26,818 nucleotides of DNA. It comes from Candidatus Bathyarchaeia archaeon (GTDB taxonomy: Archaea > Thermoproteota > Bathyarchaeia > Bathyarchaeales > Bathycorpusculaceae). Position numbers and translations under genes: made by a program. The notes below the pieces were generated by a model. It ran no database searches. It was not told where the DNA came from and saw only the letters and a program-made list of their open reading frames with translations. Shown in pieces: positions 18,986 through 26,752 of the stretch; positions within the stretch are counted from its first letter, which is position 1, and every line of letters starts with the position of its first letter. Location of the stretch: NCBI GenBank assembly GCA_049512075.1, contig JBEKXL010000028.1, forward strand, positions 1-26,818, in the 5' to 3' direction.

Positions 18986-19732
18986 CTAGGGGGAATAATC
19001 TGCAATACCACAGGCGTGGGCGACGACCTGACGCTGTCGTTGATCCAGCAGGTGTCTGACTTCTTGAGCCGCCAAAACAAACAACTGAAGTGCTGCTTTA
19101 CAGGTATCTTCGAAGCTTTGTCCGCCTTCTCCTAGAGCAACACTCTGAATCTGAGCCCACTTCATTCCCATTCTCTCGGAGACCAGATTCCACAGAGTGT
19201 TTTCTGTGTCATAGAGAATTCGATGATGTACGGCTAGTATCGGAGCCATGTGAACTGTTAGAAGCGACCGTTGGACTGCTGCGGCGTTTGTGCGCCCGAG
19301 TTGTAAATTGCCGACTAGCCTGTGAACCTCTTCAGCCCACCCAGTGAACTCTTCCCCGACCCACCTATCCACATTCTTGCCCAAAGAGTCCCACCGCCAA
19401 TCTTGGGCTTCCTGTTTGAGGGCCTTTGCGATTTCTCTTGGATCATAGATTATTGCTGCACTTCGCCAAGCAGGGATGATTCTGCCAGCTTTGCCGGGAT
19501 CTTTGAAGGCTTGGCGGTGTTGCCTGGCAGTTGCCCAAGACGTGGAGAATAAGAAACCCTGATACTGTTCAAGCCTATAAGGTGGCCCTCTGCCTATGGC
19601 TTGAATATCGATGTCTGACTCTGTGTAAGCGTCGCCACGCACCCTGCTGCCCCATAGAACTACTGCTTCCGCTCCTTGATCTTCGAGTCTACGAGAAAAC
19701 ACGCTGCTTGCCTGCAACACTCTTCTATCCAT
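18986..19732 (-). CDS. Pol-beta superfamily nucleotidyltransferase with KNTase-like helical C-terminus
   Basis: LWGSRVRGDAYTESDIDI (GS...DxD motif), then IYDP and a helical domain; 248 aa. Confidence 0.8.
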   Translation of the reverse strand: MDRRVLQASSVFSRRLEDQGAEAVVLWGSRVRGDAYTESDIDIQAIGRGPPYRLEQYQGFLFSTSWATARQHRQAFKDPGKAGRIIPAWRSAAIIYDPREIAKALKQEAQDWRWDSLGKNVDRWVGEEFTGWAEEVHRLVGNLQLGRTNAAAVQRSLLTVHMAPILAVHHRILYDTENTLWNLVSERMGMKWAQIQSVALGEGGQSFEDTCKAALQLFVLAAQEVRHLLDQRQRQVVAHACGIADYSP

Positions 19733-19924
19733 AGGGCAACTGTCCGCACGTTCGATTCACAGTTCAAAGGTTCTTATGCTTTACGGGAGCGTCCAGCAGC
19801 GGACGAGTCTCAACACGCTGCAACCATTTTAAAGGGATCTCTTCAAATGGCAATTCTGTACACGATAGTGTTGTGGCGCCGGGAGTGGGACTCGAACCCG
19901 CGCGGCCCCGAAGGGCCACAGGCT

Positions 19925-19941
19925 CTCAAGCGCGTTTGCGC
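19925..19941 (-). other. 17-nt tRNA intron at canonical position 37/38 (relaxed BHB)
   Basis: Intron GCGCAAACGCGCTTGAG. Bulges AG|G and AG|A, inner helix CGC/GCG, central helix CTTG/CTTG with two U-U pairs. Confidence 0.8.
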
Positions 19942-19971
19942 CTCAAGGCCTGCGCATTAATCCACTCTGCC

Positions 19972-20002
19972 TACGGGATGGTGAGACACGCATCTGACCA
20001 TT
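19972..20002 (-). other. 31-nt tRNA intron at position 8/9 with a strict hBHBh' motif
   Basis: Outer helix G1C2/G10C11, bulge TA|G, central helix CGGG/CCCG, bulge AT|A, inner helix ATGGT/ACCAT. Confidence 0.87.
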
Positions 20003-20293
20003 ATCCCGGCGTATTGTTCCGGCACCAAGTGTGGTCAGCTCATCTAATTCGCTCCATCTTAAAATGTTTACCCCAGACATTTCGTCCAAGTGCCCCTTCG
20101 CCGTCTCTTGGAAAGAAGTTACCACCGCGAATAGTGGTTTAAGACTAATGGTTGGAAGTCGATTCTAGTTTTGTACTGCATTCTTGCTTTTTCATCTTCA
20201 CGATCCGTCAAGTGAGTGCAATAACCTTATAGGTTGACCAGCTGAATGTTCGAAACGGGCTCTGCACTCTACTATATAGAGGGAGATAGTGTC

Positions 20294-21499
20294 ATGATCA
20301 AGGATTTGACTGCGTTTTATTCGAAGAATGCTCTTAGCATGAAACGTTCTGAGATAAGGGAACTCCTGAAGGTTAGCCGCGTTCCAGGCATGATTTCTTT
20401 TGCAGGTGGGCTTCCTGCTTCAGAGACTTTTCCGGTTAAGGAACTGGAGGAGATATCCTGCGAAATGCTGCGACAGAGAGGTGCGACCGCTCTTCAGTAT
20501 GGTACCACTGAGGGAGAGGCTCCGTTGCGTGAAGAGATCAGCAAGTGGATGATGCATGAGAAGTCAACAGTCAAACCTGAGAACATTCTGGTCACTGCAG
20601 GCTCGCAGCAGGGCCTGGACATAGTTTCAAAAGTGTTTCTCGACCCCAAAGACATCGTGGTGCTGGAGTTGCCCAGCTACATAGGCGGCTTGCAGGCCTT
20701 CGCCGCTTACAGGGCCAAGATGATTGGTGTGCCGCAAGACGAGGACGGAATGAGGATGGACCTGCTCGAAAAGGTGCTGGCAAGGCTTGCAAAGAGAAAG
20801 AAAAAGCCGAAGTTCATCTATGTAGTGCCCGACTTTCAAAACCCGTCAGGCGTCACTCTTCCGCTGGAAAGGCGCAAGAGGCTTCTGGAACTGGCCTATC
20901 AATACGAAGTTCCGATTCTTGAAGACAGCCCCTATCGAGACCTGCGGTTCAGAGGAGAAGGCGTTCCCGCCATCTACAGTTTGGACACGGAGAAACAAGT
21001 CATAGCATTAGGCACTTTCTCCAAGATACTCTGTCCAGGTCTGAGGTTGGCTTGGATCATGGCGCCTTCGGAATGGATGGACCGCATGGTGGTTGCCAAA
21101 CAGAGCATGGATCTGTGCTGTCCCACTTACAACCAGCTCATAGTGGCCGAATTCATGAAACGCGGACTAATGCAGAAGCAGGTTGAGAACATCCGACGAT
21201 TGTACAGCAAGAAAGTCGAAGCCATGCTCACAGCCTTGAAAAAGTACATGCCCAAAGGCGTAACGTGGACGCATCCCGAAGGCGGACTCTTTCTCTGGGT
21301 AAAACTGCCAAAGAAAATGAGCGCAAACGACCTGTTACCCAAAGCCATCGAAAACAAAGTAGCCTACGTAATCGGATCAGCCTTCTACTGCAACGGCAAA
21401 GGACAGAACACTATGCGACTGAACTTCTCTTACCCCACAGAACAACAGATAGATGAAGGAATCCAACGGCTGGCCAATATGATCAGAAAGAACATGTAG
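20294..21499 (+). CDS. PLP-dependent class I/II aminotransferase (LysN/aromatic aminotransferase-like)
   Basis: ISFAGGLP, LQYG, GSQQ, FQNPSG, EDSPY, GTFSK (PLP Lys), PGLRL and MRLNFS. ATG at 20294 preferred as start. Confidence 0.93.
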   Translation: MIKDLTAFYSKNALSMKRSEIRELLKVSRVPGMISFAGGLPASETFPVKELEEISCEMLRQRGATALQYGTTEGEAPLREEISKWMMHEKSTVKPENILVTAGSQQGLDIVSKVFLDPKDIVVLELPSYIGGLQAFAAYRAKMIGVPQDEDGMRMDLLEKVLARLAKRKKKPKFIYVVPDFQNPSGVTLPLERRKRLLELAYQYEVPILEDSPYRDLRFRGEGVPAIYSLDTEKQVIALGTFSKILCPGLRLAWIMAPSEWMDRMVVAKQSMDLCCPTYNQLIVAEFMKRGLMQKQVENIRRLYSKKVEAMLTALKKYMPKGVTWTHPEGGLFLWVKLPKKMSANDLLPKAIENKVAYVIGSAFYCNGKGQNTMRLNFSYPTEQQIDEGIQRLANMIRKNM

Positions 21500-21865
21500 C
21501 AGAATCCCAAGATCCTCAACTAGAATTGAAAACCGAGCTTTTCTGAGGAACGATCAGACTGCAAGTTCCATGCAACATGCAGCCCATGGAGCGCGCGCTA
21601 GTTACTGCGTTTGCTCCAGTGATTTCCGTTCGACTGTAACAGCATTGATGACATATTTTGATGCAACACTGGGGTTTGCATCGAAAATAGGTTATTCCCT
21701 TACCTTTCTCTCAATACTCCTGTTTTTAACTGCCATCATAGCAGAACTAGCGTCTTCAAGGAGAAACAAGTATATCCAAGATTCCAGCTCTGCAATAACT
21801 GACAGTAAATGCACTCCCACACATGCACAGACGCAATGAAGAGTTCAGTCTTTAGTAGGACTTGA

Positions 21866-22102
21866 CTATTTGCTTAGAAGCTGTGTTTTTCCTTCTTCCT
21901 TCTTCTTTGTTCCATTCTTCATCATGTACAACCCGACAAGCAGGAAAACGATGCTGCCAAAGATTTCAGGTCCAAAGGTTACCAAGCTCAAACCAGTGCT
22001 GATTACTAAGGTGTACCAGAATATGTTGAACAGGACAATGACAGAAATTGCACAGAATATTAACCCCCACCAGAAAACCCTTGTCTTTTCACCCTCAAAC
22101 AT
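21866..22102 (-). CDS. Small two-TM membrane protein
   Basis: Two hydrophobic helices and a Lys-rich tail; SD-like GTGGTTGA before the ATG. Confidence 0.65.
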   Translation of the reverse strand: MFEGEKTRVFWWGLIFCAISVIVLFNIFWYTLVISTGLSLVTFGPEIFGSIVFLLVGLYMMKNGTKKKEEGKTQLLSK

Positions 22103-22664
22103 GGCTTATCAACCACTACTATCATGATGCAAGAAATATTAAAGATTCTCAGTATATGCCCAAGCACAGACACAATAAATAACACAATACTAAGTATTCT
22201 TGTGCACATAATCCTCAGTACTCCGATAGAAAATCTCTCTTTGGGTCTCTGGAAGTAGTGTCCATAAAATAGAGAAAAAAGATGATATGTAGCCATTTGG
22301 TTTATGAAAAAAGCATTCAGCAGGATGGTGCCCAATATAGAATTCTGCTTATTCCAACAGCCCCTATCTAAGCTTTCAATGCCCTAGAAGTACTTGGTGT
22401 CTGAAGACGGCAAGATCTTGTGCATATTGTGCGAAAATAGGATATCCAGAACTATCTTCCGGCGAACTGCTCAAAGCTGCTAGAACTCTAACTGACAAAC
22501 CTATATTTTTTGATGGAAAACTCGGTTTGAGAATCGTAAATAATCCTTAGAATACATCAAAGGTGTCCTAGGTTCCAATAGCACTGTGAAAACCATTGAC
22601 CCAATTGACCAAAACAGTATTGACCCAAATCTCTTAAATGTTAGTTGCTTCAATGAAAATAGGA

Positions 22665-22742
22665 GGGCTGGTAGTCTAGCTCGGTTAGGACATCTGCTTG
22701 ACGTGCAGAAGGTCGCCGGTTCAAGTCCGGTCCGGCCCACCA
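22665..22742 (+). tRNA. tRNA-Val(GAC), intron-less
   Basis: GGGCTGG/CCGGCCC acceptor, TCTGC-TTGACGT-GCAGA anticodon arm, GGTTCAAGTCC T arm, ACCA end, and a TTAAA box about 28-30 nt upstream. Confidence 0.96.
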
Positions 22743-22743
22743 T

Positions 22744-22896
22744 TTACTGTTTTTGTTCTGTTGAATTGAGGTTGTTTCTATCAGAAACTGTTGAGAATTG
22801 TGTTATTAGTTGTTTTAAGCGGTCTTCAAACGTCTTAGACAAATTGAAGCCAAGATTACGCGTATTTTCAACTAATTCTTTGTCTAGATACGACAT
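22744..22896 (-). pseudogene. CcdA-like ribbon-helix-helix antitoxin remnant abutting the tRNA-Val 3' end
   Basis: Reads MSYLDKELVENTRNLGFNLSKTFEDRLKQLITQF.... The YLD.ELV...R.LG.NLS pattern is CcdA/RHH-like. Stop lies 1 nt from the tRNA CCA; no toxin gene is adjacent. Confidence 0.5.
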
Positions 22897-22936
22897 GACG
22901 TCCGCGTTTTTTCTAGATTAGAATTTTCGCGCGACT

Positions 22937-23389
22937 TCATGTAAGTTTGTTGAGTCTGTTAGTTATGTTTAGGAAGGTGTAGACGGCTTTTAGGTACTCC
23001 GTGAATGTTAGGTCTTTCTGCTTTGGGTGGTATTTGAAGTTTTGTCCAATTTTCTTGTAGAGTTTTTCAATTATTTCTATTTCGAGCAGTTTTGCTCCTG
23101 GACCAATGATTTCTTCAATCGCTTTGGTGAACTTTTCTGTTTTGCATGGGATTTCCTGTTTGCAGATATTGAAGGTTTTTTCTAGGTGGAAGTAGATTAC
23201 TTGTTTTGCTGTTTTTCCTAACGCAGAGAAGGTCTCATCGACTGCGTCAAGTACAAGCTCTTGATAGCTTCGGTTGGATTGTGGAAAAACCTCAAGGAAT
23301 ACTCCATGACTGCCTGCGTTTGTCTCCATTGCTGCAAAAGGCGAGTCTACTTCCTGCGCGCATTGTCTTGACGTAAATACACTCTTCAT
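22937..23389 (-). CDS. DUF3227/NitrOD5-like archaeal protein
   Basis: LDAVDE.FS.LG......IYFHLE.......EIP.....F..AIE.I.G.GA.LLE..I...LY pattern, common in Bathy/Nitrososphaeria. Confidence 0.65.
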   Translation of the reverse strand: MKSVFTSRQCAQEVDSPFAAMETNAGSHGVFLEVFPQSNRSYQELVLDAVDETFSALGKTAKQVIYFHLEKTFNICKQEIPCKTEKFTKAIEEIIGPGAKLLEIEIIEKLYKKIGQNFKYHPKQKDLTFTEYLKAVYTFLNITNRLNKLT

Positions 23390-23637
23390 ACATCTTACCT
23401 CAATATGTAGTTATGTTGTACTGTTTTATTGTTACACGCCTATACAATATGTCTCATATCACATGATTTCATATATAGCTTATTTCGAAAATCGATATAT
23501 CCTAGCGCTAGGGTAGCCGGTGAAGCTTATGAATTTGAATTGTAATTGCACGCGCGCCCACCAAAAAAAGCTTGTTCATATTGGATTCTAGGTTATTTCC
23601 TGAAGAAGCTGTTGAGAACTGAGTGACTAGATGTTTA

Positions 23638-23655
23638 AGTAACACATGAGTTACT
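23638..23655. promoter_or_regulatory. Near-perfect palindrome AGTAACACATGAGTTACT upstream of the polB promoter
   Basis: 18 bp with one mismatched pair, about 25 nt upstream of the TATA-like TTATTTAA (23681-23688). Confidence 0.45.
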
Positions 23656-23739
23656 GAAACGCGCCCTGTATGTCCATATGTTATTTAATGCCCTTGAGAT
23701 TAGTATGATCCAAAAAGGAATTGTCTGGTAAGTGAGTCT

Positions 23740-25638
23740 TTGAACCTTCTCTGCCTTCTGGACGCAAAGGTAACAGAGACAAACGCAATCAAGCTTGAAT
23801 TCGTGGACAGCAACGGCGAATCACAAGAAACCGTTGATGTTGCATATAAGCCCTATTTTCTCGTTGAATGGCCGTTGAAAGATGAAGACAAGGAAATAGT
23901 CAAGTATTTCAGTGGAGAAATTCAACCTGTAGAAAAGATCGACTTGTTCTCTAACACAAAGAGAATTTACGGAAAAGTCTATTGGCCCAACGCCAGAATT
24001 GCTGCGAAAGCCGCGGAGAAGCTTCCTCAGCATTGGGAAAGCGAAGTCGAATTCGGGAAATCCTACGTTTATGATCAAGGACTCGTGTTTGGCGCTCTCC
24101 ATTCCGCGCAGGATTTGAAGGCATCGCTAGAGGTGCCACTTGAGGTCACATATAAATTTGAGAGCCTGTTCAAAGAGATTCAGGCCAGCGACCCATTGAA
24201 ATATGAGCAAATCAGGTACTGGTTCAACCTTCTTAATCAACCGCTACCCAAGCTGGCCCCCGATTTTTTCGGCAAACAAGCAGACGTAGGCGAAGTTAAC
24301 AGAGCCTGCATGTTGGCAAGAATTGCAAACATTCCCATAACTGAGGCTTTCAACAGCAGACACGTGAGTAGCTGGATTAAAGCCATCATGTACACGTATT
24401 TGCGAAAGAACAACATTCTCATCCCCTCTTCTGAAGAGCTAAGGAGGGGAAGACAGACTAGTGCTGTGCCCGGAGCATTGACGATCGCGCCGAAAGCGGG
24501 AACTTACTTTAACACGGTCGTCTGCGATTTCGAAAGTCTGTATGCAAGCTGCATTGACAGTTTCAACCTTTCCCATGAAACAGTCGACTGTGTACACGAT
24601 GAATGCAAAACCAACAGAATCCCCGACGTTGAATACAGTTTCTGCACAAAACGCAGAGGCTTCTACGCAGTCCTTGTCGGCGCTTTGAAAGAGTTGCGCA
24701 TCAAGGTCTTCAAGCCAGCTTCAAGAGACAGCTCCCTGTCCGAAGAAGAGAGAGAAATCGCCCGCGCTGCATCAAAACTGCTAAAACTAATCCTTGTGTC
24801 GAGCTACGGTGTTACCGTCAGAATTCATGGAGTAGCGTGCCGTCCTTTGGCTGAAGCCATCACCGGCTGCGGCCGCCACGTCTTGAGAGAAAGTTGGAGA
24901 ATGGCAGAAGAGAACGGCTTGCATCCGCTTTATGGCGATACCGATTCATTGTTTCTGGATAATGCTTCAAACGCTCAAGTCGAATGGCTGATCAACACGG
25001 TTAAAAACAGGTTTCGATTGGACTTGGCCGTGGATAAGCGTTACAACGTGTGCGTTTTGCCTAAAGCAAAGAAAGCGTACTTCGGAATCCTGCCTGACGG
25101 AACGCCTGACATCAAAGGAGTAACCGCAATCAAGTCCAATTCGCCCCGGTACATCAGAGACGTTTTCGAACGATGTGTGAAAGAGCTTTCCACAGTGAAA
25201 AACCTGCCAGAATATTCTGAGGGAAAGGACCGGATAAAAAAAGTCGTAAGAAATGCCGTAGCAGATTTGAAAAACGGAAACGTCAGGCTTGAAGACTTAA
25301 TCTATTCCGTACGGCTTTATTTTGACCCTAACGAGAAAATAGGCGACATGAAAACAGCACATCAACCCTACCAATGCGCGTCGCAACTCATGAACGCGGG
25401 CAGGAAACTGAAAAAAGGGGACACCGTCTCCTTCGTAAAAGTGAAGCCCTTCAGGTATGAAAAGAGAACTTTCACCGTCAAACCGGCCGAGTTTGTCAAG
25501 AACCTTTCGGAAACAAACGTGAATGATTACATTCGGAATTTGTTGACAGCTTTGAACCAAACCTTTGAATCCATGGACGTAAAACTCAAAGAGGAAAAGG
25601 AAGCTGAAATTTCCAAATGGTTCAATGGATTTCCCTGA
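23740..25638 (+). CDS. polB: Family B DNA polymerase, PolB1-like, lacking the 3'-5' exonuclease domain
   Basis: Motif A DFESLYAS, NLSHETV, motif B KLILVSSYG, motif C YGDTDSLF, KKAYFG and IKG..AIKS. No Exo I DxE / Exo II / Exo III motifs seen. 632 aa. Confidence 0.9.
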   Translation: MNLLCLLDAKVTETNAIKLEFVDSNGESQETVDVAYKPYFLVEWPLKDEDKEIVKYFSGEIQPVEKIDLFSNTKRIYGKVYWPNARIAAKAAEKLPQHWESEVEFGKSYVYDQGLVFGALHSAQDLKASLEVPLEVTYKFESLFKEIQASDPLKYEQIRYWFNLLNQPLPKLAPDFFGKQADVGEVNRACMLARIANIPITEAFNSRHVSSWIKAIMYTYLRKNNILIPSSEELRRGRQTSAVPGALTIAPKAGTYFNTVVCDFESLYASCIDSFNLSHETVDCVHDECKTNRIPDVEYSFCTKRRGFYAVLVGALKELRIKVFKPASRDSSLSEEEREIARAASKLLKLILVSSYGVTVRIHGVACRPLAEAITGCGRHVLRESWRMAEENGLHPLYGDTDSLFLDNASNAQVEWLINTVKNRFRLDLAVDKRYNVCVLPKAKKAYFGILPDGTPDIKGVTAIKSNSPRYIRDVFERCVKELSTVKNLPEYSEGKDRIKKVVRNAVADLKNGNVRLEDLIYSVRLYFDPNEKIGDMKTAHQPYQCASQLMNAGRKLKKGDTVSFVKVKPFRYEKRTFTVKPAEFVKNLSETNVNDYIRNLLTALNQTFESMDVKLKEEKEAEISKWFNGFP

Positions 25639-26026
25639 GCCACAACACCCCGAACAGTACTGCCCATGAACCTTTCTGTCTAGTCCGATTCCAAAGATGT
25701 TTATATAATCTTCTGCTTGTTCCACGTGAAGGTTTTTTTTCACAAGATTCTTCTCAGCAGCATAAGTCTTGCGTTTGCTTAGAGGGCAGACTCCTACAGA
25801 AGAGACGAATTATTCGCTGACCTTAGGCTCCTTCTGCCGGCTCTCTCTCTTCTTTTACTACGCCCGGGGGGGTGGAGGAATGTTGGGTGGTGGTTCGCGC
25901 GCGCGAGCATGAGTTGCTCACGAAGCAAAGGTGATTAATTTTCTGTAAGTTTATAATTTGAAAACGCAGAAGGTGTGGTGTAGCCCATGACACAACAACT
26001 AAAGTTTGGAGGTTCTGAAGTTTAGC

Positions 26027-26752
26027 ATGTCGTTTGATCGTGTTGCAGAAATCTACGACAAGACCAGAAGCTTGCCAGATAAGGTCATGAAAACACTAGT
26101 CGAGACATTGTGTGTTGAGCTCAAGAACTGCGCCAGGATCTTGGATGTTGGCGTGGGAACTGGAAGACTTGCTGAACCTCTGCAAAACGCAGGGTTTGAA
26201 ATTCTCGGAATTGACATTAGCAAGAAAATGATGAGTAAGGCAAGAGAAAAGGGTGTGCAAAACCTAGTTATTGCCGATGCCCGTTTCATTCCATTCAAAG
26301 ACAAGAGCTTCGATGCTGCGATTAGTGTTCACGTTCTTCATTTGATAAGTGGATGGAAAAAAGCTCTTGGAGAAGTGTGTCGAGTAACTCGACATGCCAT
26401 GTTTTCTTTGTATGACCCACGCAAAGACACCGTGCGGGAGGCGTACTATCACATTATGAGACAGTATGGATATGAACGACATTATCCCGGGAAATCGGAA
26501 CAAGACCTCAAAGACGTGATAAGCCCAAATAAGTCCAAGTTTGTGATTTCTTATGATGTGTCCGCAGACGATCGTCTCATCAATTTGCGGCAAGGAACGT
26601 CCTCAAGTCAATGGGAAATACCTGAACGGTTGAACTTAAAAGTAGTAGAACAGCTAAGAAAAGAGTTTGCAGGAAAGGTTTTCAGACAAGATCTGTACCT
26701 CCAGTCATGGGAAGTAGTTTCCCCCGGAGCAAGCTCCGGGGCTCTACGGTAG
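26027..26752 (+). CDS. Class I SAM-dependent methyltransferase (Methyltransf_11-like)
   Basis: SFDRVA..YD.TR, ILDVGVGTG, GIDIS..M, ADA..IPF.D.SFD and HVLHLI. The last ~10 codons overlap the IS end. Confidence 0.9.
   Translation: MSFDRVAEIYDKTRSLPDKVMKTLVETLCVELKNCARILDVGVGTGRLAEPLQNAGFEILGIDISKKMMSKAREKGVQNLVIADARFIPFKDKSFDAAISVHVLHLISGWKKALGEVCRVTRHAMFSLYDPRKDTVREAYYHIMRQYGYERHYPGKSEQDLKDVISPNKSKFVISYDVSADDRLINLRQGTSSSQWEIPERLNLKVVEQLRKEFAGKVFRQDLYLQSWEVVSPGASSGALR

Larger units (their letters stand above)
19874..20010 (-). tRNA. tRNA-Ser(UGA) with two introns (8/9 and 37/38)
   Basis: Spliced form: acceptor GCCGGGA/TCCCGGC, D stem GCA/TGC, anticodon arm CAGGC-CTTGAGA-GCCTG, long variable arm GGCCC-TTCG-GGGCC, T loop TTCGAGT, discriminator G and encoded CCA. 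Confidence 0.92.
127..25906. repeat. Dispersed short alternating (GC)n palindrome family, consensus TAGCGCGCGCTA
   Basis: Pure alternating runs of at least 8 nt start at 129, 5639, 7264, 7938, 8545, 8802, 11418, 13917, 14100, 17427, 17625, 18472, 21591 and 25896 (all outside annotated CDS) and at 15713 (in CDS). Transition variants occur at 10526, 11400, 11966, 14281, 17720, 17765, 18877 and 23547. Confidence 0.9.

Noticed and set aside
19874-20010. tRNA-Sec, suppressor tRNA, or tRNA-Leu(CAA) from the intron hairpin
   Set aside because: The anticodon is UGA (reads UCA, Ser), with a 7-bp acceptor stem and G73. The CAA lies in a hairpin with a 4-nt loop inside the intron.
19873-20142. ORFs overlapping the tRNA genes (also 22501-22743 and 22586-22921)
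   Set aside because: Spurious translations across tRNA sequence.
22060-22335. 91-aa hydrophobic minus-strand ORF
   Set aside because: Overlaps the next gene and its promoter in AT-rich DNA, with no motif; at most a remnant.
23740-25638. Casposon, viral or protein-primed polymerase
   Set aside because: No cas1, terminal inverted repeats or viral genes nearby; the sequence blocks follow cellular PolB1.
25826-25894. Pyrimidine tract followed by a G-rich tract as a G-quadruplex or ncRNA
   Set aside because: Too few G3 runs for a canonical G4; more simply a Pro-rich coding remnant on the minus strand.
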